From assembly GCA_020536535.1 (NCBI GenBank), contig JAHLWZ010000790.1, positions 62,001 through 126,000 on the forward strand: a stretch of 64,000 bases of DNA, read 5' to 3'. The notes beneath the pieces were generated by a model. The model was given only the letters and a program-made list of their open reading frames with translations. It did no database searches and was not told the DNA's origin. The stretch's first letter is position 1. Each line of letters opens with the position of its first letter. Made by a program: the position numbers and the translations under genes. The stretch comes from Pelomyxa schiedti (taxonomy: Eukaryota > Protista > Evosea). Below, one piece after another: positions 1-10,861 of the stretch.

Positions 1-300
1 TGTAGTAGCAGATGTAACGGTCGTCATCGTTGATGATGATGTTGTTGGTGTGGTGGGGAGGGCGGGGCTCCGCGGCGACCTCGTTGATGGGCCAAAGTAG
101 GGCTTGTGCAACGAGAACCACGATGGGTTGCGCAACCGGTGCCCCACGAGTCCCTCGTCGATCTGCTCGACAGCATCCACGAAGAGGACAACATTGTGGG
201 ATGTGGCGGGTGGCGCAAGGGACGAGGAACAAGAGGTAGCAGTAGGGAGTCCCCCAATTGGGTGGTCGGCGTTGTCCTCCTTTTCGCCCCCGCTGCTCAT
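1..300 (-). CDS. Hypothetical protein, 5' part only (runs off the window edge)
   Basis: ATG at 300 opens a stop-free frame to position 1: MSSGGEKEDNADHPIGG...HNVVLFVDAVEQIDEGLVGHRLRNPSWFSLHKPYF...; divergent from the calmodulin-like gene. Confidence 0.55.
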   Translation of the reverse strand, partial: MSSGGEKEDNADHPIGGLPTATSCSSSLAPPATSHNVVLFVDAVEQIDEGLVGHRLRNPSWFSLHKPYFGPSTRSPRSPALPTTPTTSSSTMTTVTSATT

Positions 301-358
301 CACTTTGGGTTTCGCAGAAACCAGTCACTGGCACGTTTTTGGTTGGAATCGTAGAGGA

Positions 359-1054
359 ATGGCCAGTGCAACGGCAACTTCAACGGCAACAACGAGCGGG
401 CGCCGTGCGCATCAGATCAACGAGGACCAATTTGATGAGCTAAGGGAGGCGTTTATGTTGTTTGATGGGGACGGTGACGGCTCTGTGGATAAAAAACAAC
501 TTCACTCCATAATGCTCTCTTTGGGTTGGTTTTTCTGCTTTTGTTTTGTAACTTACAAAGCTGATGGTGGTCTCAACACCAAATGACAAATGAAAACTAG
601 GACAGATTCCTAGTGAGAGAGAATTGAATCAGATGATCCAAACTGCTGTTCCCGCCGATGCTACGCAATACACCTTTGACGAATTCCTCACAATGATAGA
701 AAAGAAATTGCAGACTGAGAACACTGACGAAGAAATCAAGGAAGCATTCCGGGTATGTAATTACTATTATAATTATACTGTGTGTGAAGGCAATTAGTGA
801 CTCCACCCAATCAACACTTACCCTAAAAGATATTCGATAAGGACAACAGTGGGTCAATATCATCACAGGAGCTGCGTAATGTATGTGCTTCATTTGTTTC
901 CTGTTGCCACTGTAACTTTTTTCCACAGGTTCTCAACAACCTGGGTGAAAACCTTAACGAGGAAGAGATTGAAGAACTTGTTAAAGAAGCTGATGTTGAC
1001 GGGGATGGTCAAATAAACTATGAGGAGTTCCTCAAGCTCCTCAATGTCAATTAA
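359..1054 (+). CDS. Calmodulin-like EF-hand protein (4 exons)
   Basis: Spliced: [17 protein letters not shown]...EEIKEAFR|[17 protein letters not shown]|[34 protein letters not shown]; GT-AG introns; TAA at 1052-1054. Confidence 0.92.
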
Positions 1055-1133
1055 CACTTGTTTTGAAAGATTAAAGTAAAGAATCCACATGTACTCTTTT
1101 TTTCTTTTTTTTTAGATTTGTTGAAGTGATTAC

Positions 1134-2889
1134 TTAGTGACCAGTTGAAGTTGAACTAGGTTCTGAGGGTGTCGAGATTGTAGTTGTAGTTGTGGAACTT
1201 GTTGTGCTGGTGTTTGATACTGAGTTATTGCCTTCTAGGGCTAGCTTTGCATGCTTTTCCTTGGTAACAACATGCCTCCTAAAAGTGAACCCCGTTTTAA
1301 TCTGATCGAGAACAACTGCTGGGGGAGGACCTTCAAAAAATGAATGTGTGACCATAAATTGGGTGAATACCGTCGTCGGCCATTGTAGATACATTGTACT
1401 TTCTCATTACATATTCAGCATCAGGGTCTGGAATTAGCCTGGTATACTCCCGTTTAACCATTTCCTCATCCACGGCTGTTGAGAAAGCAGGAACAATTAT
1501 CCCCAGACGATGCATCAGCTTCTTCATGAACTCGTCAATGTCTGAAAATACACGGACGCCTCCAGAACTGAGGCAATCGGCATCATAGCTGGTCTTCTGA
1601 AGATTCACAATCTGTAGCCAAAATGAACACATTAATGGATAAATTGAAGACCATACACAGAACTTTCCTCCATTATCGTAAGACAGTGAAGGTAGTTCAC
1701 AAGCTGGTGATACCCTCATGCTCGAGCCAAGGACAACTGTAAGGTCGGCTATTTTTGATTCTTCTGTGGCCTTTTCCAGAGTTGCGGGTGGCAATTGTTC
1801 TCCAAAGTTAATAATCGAGTCTCTCAGCAAGCCCCGGCAAGGTTGTCCATCGGCCTATATATATATCTTTGGCTTCAACCCAGAAGAGAGGTGTCTGATA
1901 CCTTTATTGACTCACATAGCCTACCTGTTAGCCTTTTCAACTGAACAAATTGACGTTTGTGAGCACCTCGAACATCAAACAAGCGCAAGTGCTCATCACC
2001 ACATTTGTTGCACACCTAAAAATGGTCTGAGTACATGAAACGTAATCCAAGGATTTATAATATGCACCTCCAAATATACATTGCCTGTAATGGGCAATAA
2101 ATTTACTTGTTTGGGAAGGATAAATTGAAGTACCATGGAGCTCGGCCAGCGAGGTTGCAGGAATGCCACTTCTTCTGTGGAGTCCATCTACATTGGTGCT
2201 TAATCATTTGTAAGCCATTAATTACTCCGCAATGTAGGAACCTAACAATAAACTTCACAATGCCTCTTTGTACAAGTTCCACCAACGCCATGTGGGTGTA
2301 TCTATAACAAGTCAAAAATGAGAAATACCTGCCAGATGGAGTGACTTACGTTGGTGTTGCCATATCTAGAGATATTTTTACAGTGGGAGCCAGGCCCTGT
2401 GCCAATAGGGTCCAAATACCATTGGGCCCTCTGTAATCTACACATTTGTTTGTTTGTTTTGTTTTTTTTTAATACCGAAAGTACTCACACAATGACAGAT
2501 AGTTATCAAACCACAAGCCCCTGACATCACTCACACTAAGAAAGAAGGGAATTGATATCTCATACCCGGAATTGATGCAGCTGTGCTCACGCCTGCTCCA
2601 GTATAAAATACAGCGCGGCTAGAAGATGTAAGTAGAGCCACCAGTGCATCGGCCTTGGCTTCCAGTTCGGCGTCCGTGTCGTGATACTCTACCACTTCAG
2701 CCCGCGTGGGTGCCGCTGTGGGGTTGCTGTCGTGGCTTGATTCTAGTGTCCCATAAGTTGTGGCAGGGACAATTCACTTGGGGGTTAAGAGAGAGCGGAA
2801 CCAGGGACAACAGGGAGGGTCTTTTCCACTGTGGTGGTTGGGGCCAGGTTGCTGCGGTCGAATTGCACCAACTCTCCCAGAAACGCCAT
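1134..2889 (-). CDS. NAD-dependent sirtuin, class IV (SIRT6/7-like), with terminal beta-thymosin/WH2-like motifs
   Basis: Motifs YTGAGVSTAASIP|DYRGPNGIWT, THMALVEL, STNVDGLHRRSG, ELHGN, LRDSIINFGEQLP, VLGSSMRVSPA and IVNLQKT reconstructed across introns. Confidence 0.9.
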
Positions 2890-2995
2890 TCTTTCGGTTT
2901 TTTTTTCGTCGAACAGTCGAGGCTCTCGCTTTTTTTTTTTTTAAGATCTCAGGCTTCAGATAGACCATAGGACGAGGAATAAGGGAGACGAGACG

Positions 2996-4154
2996 ATGTG
3001 GATCTGTGTGGGATCTGCGGCAGCATGTTGCGTGTTGGTGCTGTATTTTTTGCCAACGTGCCGTACGGGGTCACGTAGTTTGTTAGAAAATATGTGAGTC
3101 GCCGAGGTGCCTTTGTTTTGGGTTTTTTTCCTCCCTTTTTTTTTTTCCTCTTCCTTACTGTTGTACTGTGCTCAGACTGCAATTTGTTCCCAAGGTGCTA
3201 CTCCGCACTTTGGCACAATCTTCTTTGAGACGGCATGAGGTACTCGGTTTTTGCCCCTACCTTGCTAGTGCTCAGAATTAATTGCCTCGTTAGGAATTTG
3301 ACTTTGACACATTCAAGGGAAAATGTACCCTGTCACTCCTACGGGATGCAGACTTTGCTCACCCAGGGGGAGAAACGGCGGTTGATTTGATGCTCAAAAC
3401 TTGCACCCGAAAATGCACCCCGGCATCAATTGTTGATGTCGGTTGTGGATTGGGTGGTACTGCTGCTCTTGTAAAGGAGAAGTACTATAGAGACTCCACA
3501 GTTGTAGGAATAGACATTGATGACGCGGCAATCGAGTATGCTAAACTGAAATATTCTGGTGAAGAAAGTTCCCTTGAGCAATCACAACTGTGACACTCAC
3601 TTCCAGAGGTGCAATTCGAGACATGCGATATTATGCATATAACTGCCAGCAAGAAGGTCATTCTGGATAAAATAGACACCCCAGGATTCCATCTGGCCTA
3701 CATGATAACCTGTTTCTATGCAATTCCTGATCAACAGCAAGGATTGCGGTCCCTAGCTGATGTTTGCATACCTGGGGCAACTTTACTCCTTCTGGATTAT
3801 TCTGATCCCCGAGGAGTTTGGCCAAGGAATACAGATAAACTACCAGGTACCTGGAGCTAGCCTGTTCCCACTAATTTAAAATTAGATAGAACGCATTTCT
3901 TTTCTCCAATTAACCCGCAGACCATCGCATCTGAGCTGGACGCTGCCGGCTGGTGCCTTGACTGGCAAATGGATGTTACCCTCCATTTCAAGAGATGGTA
4001 CCACTCAATGAATGACGAAATCAAAAACAAGCAAAGCAAACTCAGCACTGAACACTACAAGTGCTTGGTGCACAAATACGGGCGCCAGATGCCCTTTGCG
4101 CTCTCCACAAACCTTATTGGTGGGATTCTTCTTCAAGCCCACAAGAAATGTTGA
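2996..4154 (+). CDS. Class I SAM-dependent methyltransferase with N-terminal hydrophobic anchor
   Basis: FAHPGG...IVDVGCGLGGT...VVGIDID motifs and a PGATLLLLD strand; first exon MWICVGSAAACCVLVLYFL splices in phase through a GTGAGT donor. Confidence 0.85.
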
Positions 4155-4334
4155 AGGGAACAAACAAGTCCTGTGAGCATTTCGTCGCCAGTTTTTAGGT
4201 GCAGAAACCAAAAAAAGAAACATAGGCCTTAACGTTAGGAGGTTTCGGTCGATATAAAAAGAAAACGTACAAAGTTCAAAGTGAAAAAAAAAAAACGATA
4301 GTAACGCAATAACCAACTAATACGAACAACGTCG

Positions 4335-4918
4335 ATGTCGTGGCACCATGGCTTGTTTGACGTAAGAAACAAATTACATAACGACACGCTTTTTTGTCTT
4401 ACTTTTTTTTTATTTCGCAGGTAATGGCCGATGGATCAAAAACATGTATGTATCTTGTCTTCGAGTTACTACACCAAATTTACGTTTCATAGGCCTATAT
4501 GCTTACTTTTGCCCACCATGTGCACTAGCCTCAGCACGATCGGTACGTCAAGTTTCCCCGATCAATAATATAATGTAAATACTATGTTACTGGCTTGAAT
4601 GAATAATGAAGCACCTCTTATGTAACTGATGTTGCTTCAGGATTACGATAACAGCCCATTTGCTTTCAACCTTCTTTGCGGAAGTGGTGTTTGGTTCCGT
4701 CACACAATTAGAAAGGGCTATGGCATCGAGGTAGCCATTTTATTTTTATTGCTCACTTGTAATTATTATATTTTGCACTTTAGCAGAACCTTACATTCTC
4801 CTAGGGAAATTGCTGTTTGGACATACTGACAGCACAGTTCTGTGGTTGTTGTTCTATAATACAAATCACTGCGCAAGTCAAAAAAGCGGGGTCTAAGCAT
4901 GATGCTGCAAAGCACTGA
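4335..4918 (+). CDS. PLAC8-family Cys-rich protein
   Basis: Spliced MSWHHGLFD|VMAD..TC|LYAYFCPPCALAS|...RHTIRKGYGIE|GNCCLDILTAQFCGCCSIIQ; typical PLAC8 pattern. Confidence 0.8.
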
Positions 4919-5279
4919 CCCCCCAACAAAAAAAAAAACCTATAAATAGCATATGAGTTAAAATTTAAAAACCACCCTCTTCATGTCATGAAGCTTTGTG
5001 GGTGATAGAATCAACGTGTCATTTTTTCGGAATCCTCGTCCCTGATACCCACCCCACACCGGTGTGGAGTTTTTTCTCTCCCACGCACACTGGGTGCTTT
5101 GATTGATTTTCGTTACGAAAAAGTGCACCAGGTTGATTGGTTGTTCATTATTGGACAAGTTTTCTCCATAAAAGGGAAGAACACCTGGATTTCGGAGTAG
5201 AGAAAGAATTCTCGGCTACTGATAACCTGTTCAACACTAAAAACCAGGAACTTGGTTAGCCCTAGTGCCGTGTGTGAGG

Positions 5280-8200
5280 ATGATGCGTAAAAGAGACGAG
5301 GAAGAGGGCCAAGGGGAAGTGAAGGGGGAGGAGGTGCTCAAATGTGGGCCAGTGACAAAGCAGGTTGTGCACATGCTGAAGAAGAAGAGCAAGAATAGGC
5401 AACCCAAGGAGACAAAAAGCTCGGCTGTGCGTCACATAATGTACAACAAGTGGACTTTGATGATCTACGACCCTAAACTTGCCAGCATTTTCAATAGCAC
5501 TAGCAGAGTAAGCCTTCTTACAGCTGGTAGCAGCTGTGTTTCCATCTCGTTTTTACATTGTGGGATACCTTGCAGATGAATGTCGTTGCAGTCATGATAT
5601 TGATGGCGTTCTACGTTTCCACCAACGCAATACCGGGATTGAACCGTATATGGCACCCCGACGAGCGATATCACGCTTCTTGGCAGCTACTGCGAGCTGT
5701 CTTTTGTGTGTTTGTTATGTTTCCAGCCCTTTTCATTCTGAAGAATAATCGGACCCTCAAAATGTAATTTTTTTTTTCCCCCCCCTTCCTAATATCGTCA
5801 ATTAGGCTGGCAGTGTGTTGCATTTTGATTGGAGTAACTCTTTCGACAGAAATTATTGAATTAGTAAATGCACAATCTTTTTCTGTGCATTCATTTATCT
5901 CTCTCCAGTTCACAAGAGACCTCACATTTGTGCCAGCTTATCAAGTCTATCCCTTCTTTGTATTCATTTTCGCTGATACGTGGTGCTTGTGCTTTATTGT
6001 TACTGCTCCCATTGTTCTTATCTTGATGGTTCTTGAGTTTGTATATCTATTATCAATTGGTAATATCAATGTAAATTTCTAACCAAAACTCATTGTGTGA
6101 AGAATTTTATCCTACAAATAGCTTATACTTGCTGGTGCTTGGCATCTTCGGACCTGCATTTTTCTCTATCATAACTTCCTACTGGCTTGAACTTCAGTCG
6201 CTTCAGTATTACATCAGAGTTCTACTCTTTATCTCACTTTTTTCGAGGCTATTTTTCCAAAACTACGAACTAGAAATGGAACAAAATTCACTCAACATTG
6301 CATACAATCGGAAAGCAAAGTTGATGATGAATGTTTTTCCTGCAACGATTGCCAAAAATCTTCTCAAGTATGATAAACTCGACCCCTGTTGCCAGGTGGA
6401 TTTCTGTATTTCTCAACTGACACCTGACCCAACACTGCAACAGGTCTATGAGTGCTCTGTTGTGTTTGTGTCTCTTTCAATTACCCCCCCTCTCGAACAG
6501 CAAATCAAAATCTCGGCTATATGCTTTACCATGATGGACGAGGTATTATATTTAATATTTATTGTTACCAGTCGCACTAAGTATTTCAAGGTTGTAAAAA
6601 CGTACTCCAAAGTAGAAAAGATTAAAACGACAGGTTTCAGGTTAGGGTAAACTACATGTGCCCTTATTAACAATTGTCAAAAGATACATTATTGGTATTG
6701 GCCTCCCCGAACCTGTCGATTCTCACACAAATATTGCATTTGAGGTGAGTTTCGCATATGTTTATCTTCTACTGAGAATCACAAGGTGGCTTTCGCTATT
6801 CAAAAAGAACTGCTGGCATTGGCTGAAAAGTCTATGTTCACGTTCAATATTGGCGTAAACAGTGGCCCTGTGGCTGCTGGTATTATAGGTTTGCACACTC
6901 TTCCTTTCTTTACCCTTAAAATAAACATACAGGAACCATTGCCGAGACATTTGATGTCTGGGGAGACACGATCAATGTATCAAGGAATTTGAGTTGACGT
7001 TTAACAACTAATTTTGTTAGGTAAGTGCTAGACTCGCCTCTCTGGCTCCAGCCGACTCCATTTTGTGTACTCAAGTAGTTTATGTGAAAAGTCAATTCGA
7101 TCTAACCTAGTTTAGGAAACGTTCTCTAAATGTTCCTCCGGAATACTACAAGGAGAACCAGAAATAATGTATATTAAAGGAAAAGGGGATACGAATGTCA
7201 TTGGTGTCAAAGAAACGACACAGCTGCGGACAGTACACCACTTTCCATGAAAGGAACTGCTAATTTCTAACCAGAATCCTGAGAGGGCACGCAGTGAATC
7301 GTTAAGTATCACAACGAATACTTCAGAAGGTGTATGTGCAATCTCTGACTTGAATACGGACCGAAAACCAGATGTAGGTGGTATTCTCCCTTTCCATTGT
7401 CACTTACTTCATTCAGTGTAGCGAAAAACTACGTAATTTTTTTTTACTTCAGCAACACGGCAGTCAAGAACTTCAGAATAAATTCTTTGAGCACTGGGTC
7501 AAAACTAGTGGGACTAGAGGTGTTGTACTCCTGGTGGCGTATAATCTTGGGTATTGGATATCTGATTTCCTGATTTTCCAGGGGTACTTCCCGTTCCCAG
7601 TTCGGCGGCAAATAAGCTTCAAATAGAGCTTTGGCACAATCGGTCCGCCTTCTTTGTATTCCAGTTATCCTTTTTTGTTACGTTGTGCGTTTTCGTAAGC
7701 AGGGTCCTCAGAGGGTAGCATAGATATTGTCTATACCCTATTCTAATCTCACTAAGCTCTCTGGCCCCATTTCCACCCTTGCAACTTTGTTGCTGCCGTT
7801 AGTTATTGCCATGCTTACTGCCCATTCTTCAGTGGAGGGAGCAAATGAAGTCTTAAGAACGGTAACTGAATCTTTTTTTAATTTATAACTCACAGCGTTA
7901 GATTCCAATCACTTATATTATATGTGTCGCGGTGCATCAAATTGAATTTGTATGGAGCTTACTGCTCGGAATCCCTATGGTGCTATTAACGGCTGGTGTG
8001 GGAATTATCTTCAAGGTAAATATGAATGCTGACAAGCAGCCTTCATAACAGAAACAATTTCAGATTTGGGCTAGAAAAGATTTTTTCCTCAGTCTTGAAT
8101 GCCTGGCGTACTTTTATTTCTTGGCTGCAGTTGCAAGCCGAATGTGCCACAACATAGTGCTTCAGAGTTGGAATGTATCTCCATTCAGTCAGGGGCAATT

Positions 8201-9252
8201 AACTCACTCAGCGTTTCAAAGAAATCGAACAAAATCCGGCAAGCTAAAAAGGACGCACTCGCTCACATTGAAAGATCTGGGAAACTGTTGCGTAGTGTCA
8301 TTCCCCCAGAAATCTGCAACGAACTTGCTCGCGGAGAACTGTACGAACTTATCGACAGAGACGGGTGAATTGTCTTTTTTGGTTTTCTTTTGTTAATAGC
8401 CTTTTAGTACCAAGGAAGTGATCAATGACCACCGCTATGGATCGTATTTCCATCGATACGATTGCGTCACTGTAATTGTAGCCGATATTGGTGAGTCAAT
8501 TACTAAAATATCTGGTCATAACACGGATTTTAGTGGAGTGGACAAAGATGTGCGCCTCTATGCCCCCAATGTCAATGATCGAGATTTTAAACAATACTTT
8601 CCAGCTGTATGGGGTTTTTTTGTGCCGTTCATCCTTTAACACACATAGGCTTGACAATATTGCTTCGAAGTATAACCTAGTTAAAATTAAGGTTTTTTTT
8701 TTTTGTCAATAAGCCTCACTTAATTTCCATCCAAAGACAATTGGGGATGCCATTGTTTACGTATCTGGGCTGAAACACTTGAATTGGAGAAAAACTGATT
8801 GCAAATCCAATGACCCCATTGAAAACGTGGAAATGTCAGGACTTGACCAAGAGCGAGACAATGCCCGTACAGCTGTAACGTGTGCCTTAGAAATGATCAG
8901 AACAGTGGCTACTGCCAGTCCTCCGCCACACCCCACTTCCAATTTAGAACCTATCGCTGTGCGTGTAGGATGTGCCACAGGAACAATCCTTGGTGGGATA
9001 ATCACCAGATTCAAGTAAGATTGGCATACCTTGCATCCAATTCACACCTTTGTCGACAGGTTTGCCTACGACATATTTGGAGAACCCGTGGAGTATGCAG
9101 AGATGCTCTCCAGTGTGGGCAACAAGCTCACATTGACTTTAGCCGAACAGACCCAAGAACTCACTCACGACCTGCTGACCCACGTCTCAGGTTCCAGGGG
9201 AGTAACACCGGGTGAAGCTGGGTGCCACTATTACTCTGTGCCATACGTGTAG
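5280..9252 (+). CDS. Multi-pass membrane class III nucleotidyl cyclase with two catalytic domains
   Basis: Two TM blocks; C1 has VEKIKTT, IGVNSGPVAAGIIG and FDVWGDTINVSARL; C2 has VTVIVADI, IKTIGDA, VRVGCATG and FAYDIFG. Confidence 0.88.
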
Positions 9253-9378
9253 GAAATGCCAGGTATTCAGAAAACCCACACATTTCATACAAGGAATTTA
9301 ACTTCCTTCAGATGATAGATGCATGGAGGGATGGTTGGTGGGTATGTTTGTACTGCTATTTAAAAAAAAAAATTCTAT

Positions 9379-10712
9379 TTAATATGTCTCCAATAATTCA
9401 AACACCCTTCTCATAATCACATCATTCCTGCCAGCAAACCCCTCAAATGTAAGTGGTCCGCCGTTTCGTTCCTCAATAAAATAAGCCATGGCACCATGAA
9501 GGTGAAGTGAAGTGGTCCCTGTCTGGTAGTCCCTGAATACAACTATGTACAAGTCGTAGGAGGAAAGCACTGTGCATTTGTGTTAATTGATAATGCAACT
9601 TGGGGGGTTGGGAAATACATCTTTCTGCAATGTATTCTGTGACTCGTTGCAGTGCACAAGTCACTGAATCAGAGGCTTTTCTTTTAGCTTCCATTGTGGA
9701 AGTTCCAATTCTGAAGTTTTTGAAGGAGTATTTCTTTAAACCGTTGGTTGCAAGCTCGTTTGTTGGGGTGTCAATGAAGTCGACATCATGCACAGTGTCA
9801 TTAAGTAAGGTGTGTTCAGTGATCTGATGTCTTGTTACCCAAACGGGATACCTAGAAAAAAAAGGATAGGGAAATACATCAAGTTCTAATCTCCATTCTT
9901 TACCTTTCTCCCTATCACTAGGGATTGTGCTTGATGAGAGTAAGCAGCATGTGTCAACATACAATGCATACCTGCCACTATGTTAGTTACTGTATATTTA
10001 TTATGTAAGACTGGGTTCTATGGCTCACAATGCTGCCTTCTTGTGGTTTCTATGAACAGGGAAGCCAATATCCTCCATTAACTCCAAGACTACCTTGAAA
10101 AGGCTTGGTTTCAAGGTACTCACTCAACTTGAACTTCCCGCACCCCCTCGTCTCTTCTGTCTTGCTATTATTATTATTTGTGTATTTACCATTGATGCAC
10201 ATCCGGCTTCTTTGACGCGTCTGAACAAAGCTGGTACCATATCGTCATCGTGGTGGTCCACGATGCCAAAAATGTTCAAGTCAGTTCTCGTGGTACCAAT
10301 ACTGTCCTTCAGCCTGTTGTGGTCCACCAAAAATAACTAAAATAAAAAAAAAGCGTGACCAACGAAGGGGCATTAAGGTAGTCAATACCCACGAGTCAGC
10401 GATCAACGATTCAAGTGGTACAACGTTTGTGAGCCTCGGAACACCCGCGGCTTCACATATTGCCCTCGTTTCGCTCCCCTGAGGAGTCAAAACCGCCGGC
10501 ACAATGTCGATGCAGGAAACGTTGCCGTTTTGCACGAAGCACCAATTGAGAAGCTCCGTAGCCAAAAACGTAGAAACAGAGCTGTCCACGTCGGGCTCGG
10601 TATGACCAAGCACGTAAACCGTGGTGCTTTGTTTTATTGTTTGTTGTCGAGTGTGTGCGACAGCAACCAGCTTCTCAGCCTGAACAAGAAGATCTCGCGC
10701 ATGCATGCACAT
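9379..10712 (-). CDS. DHH-family phosphoesterase resembling Mn-dependent family II inorganic pyrophosphatase (PpaC-like)
   Basis: YVLGHTEPDVDSSVS, ETRAICEAAGVPRL, LVDHN, IVDHH, AGCASM, YVDT and a DHHA2-like C-terminus (KKYSFKNFRIGTSTME). Confidence 0.8.
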
Positions 10713-10861
10713 CCCAACTGCGCCTTGTTGTTTGTTTTTCTATTATTTATTTTATTATGTGTGCGAACGAAAATGCCAATTATGCTGTAACAGCGCAGGT
10801 AAACGAAATCAAATTCATTTCGGCTTCCCGAAAAAAAAAATACGAAACTCGAGTGAGAAAA

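Noticed and set aside
3387-3860. Stop-codon readthrough or an alternative genetic code suggested by broken ORFs
   Set aside because: In-frame stops fall within short GT-AG introns, and the standard code gives intact motifs after splicing.
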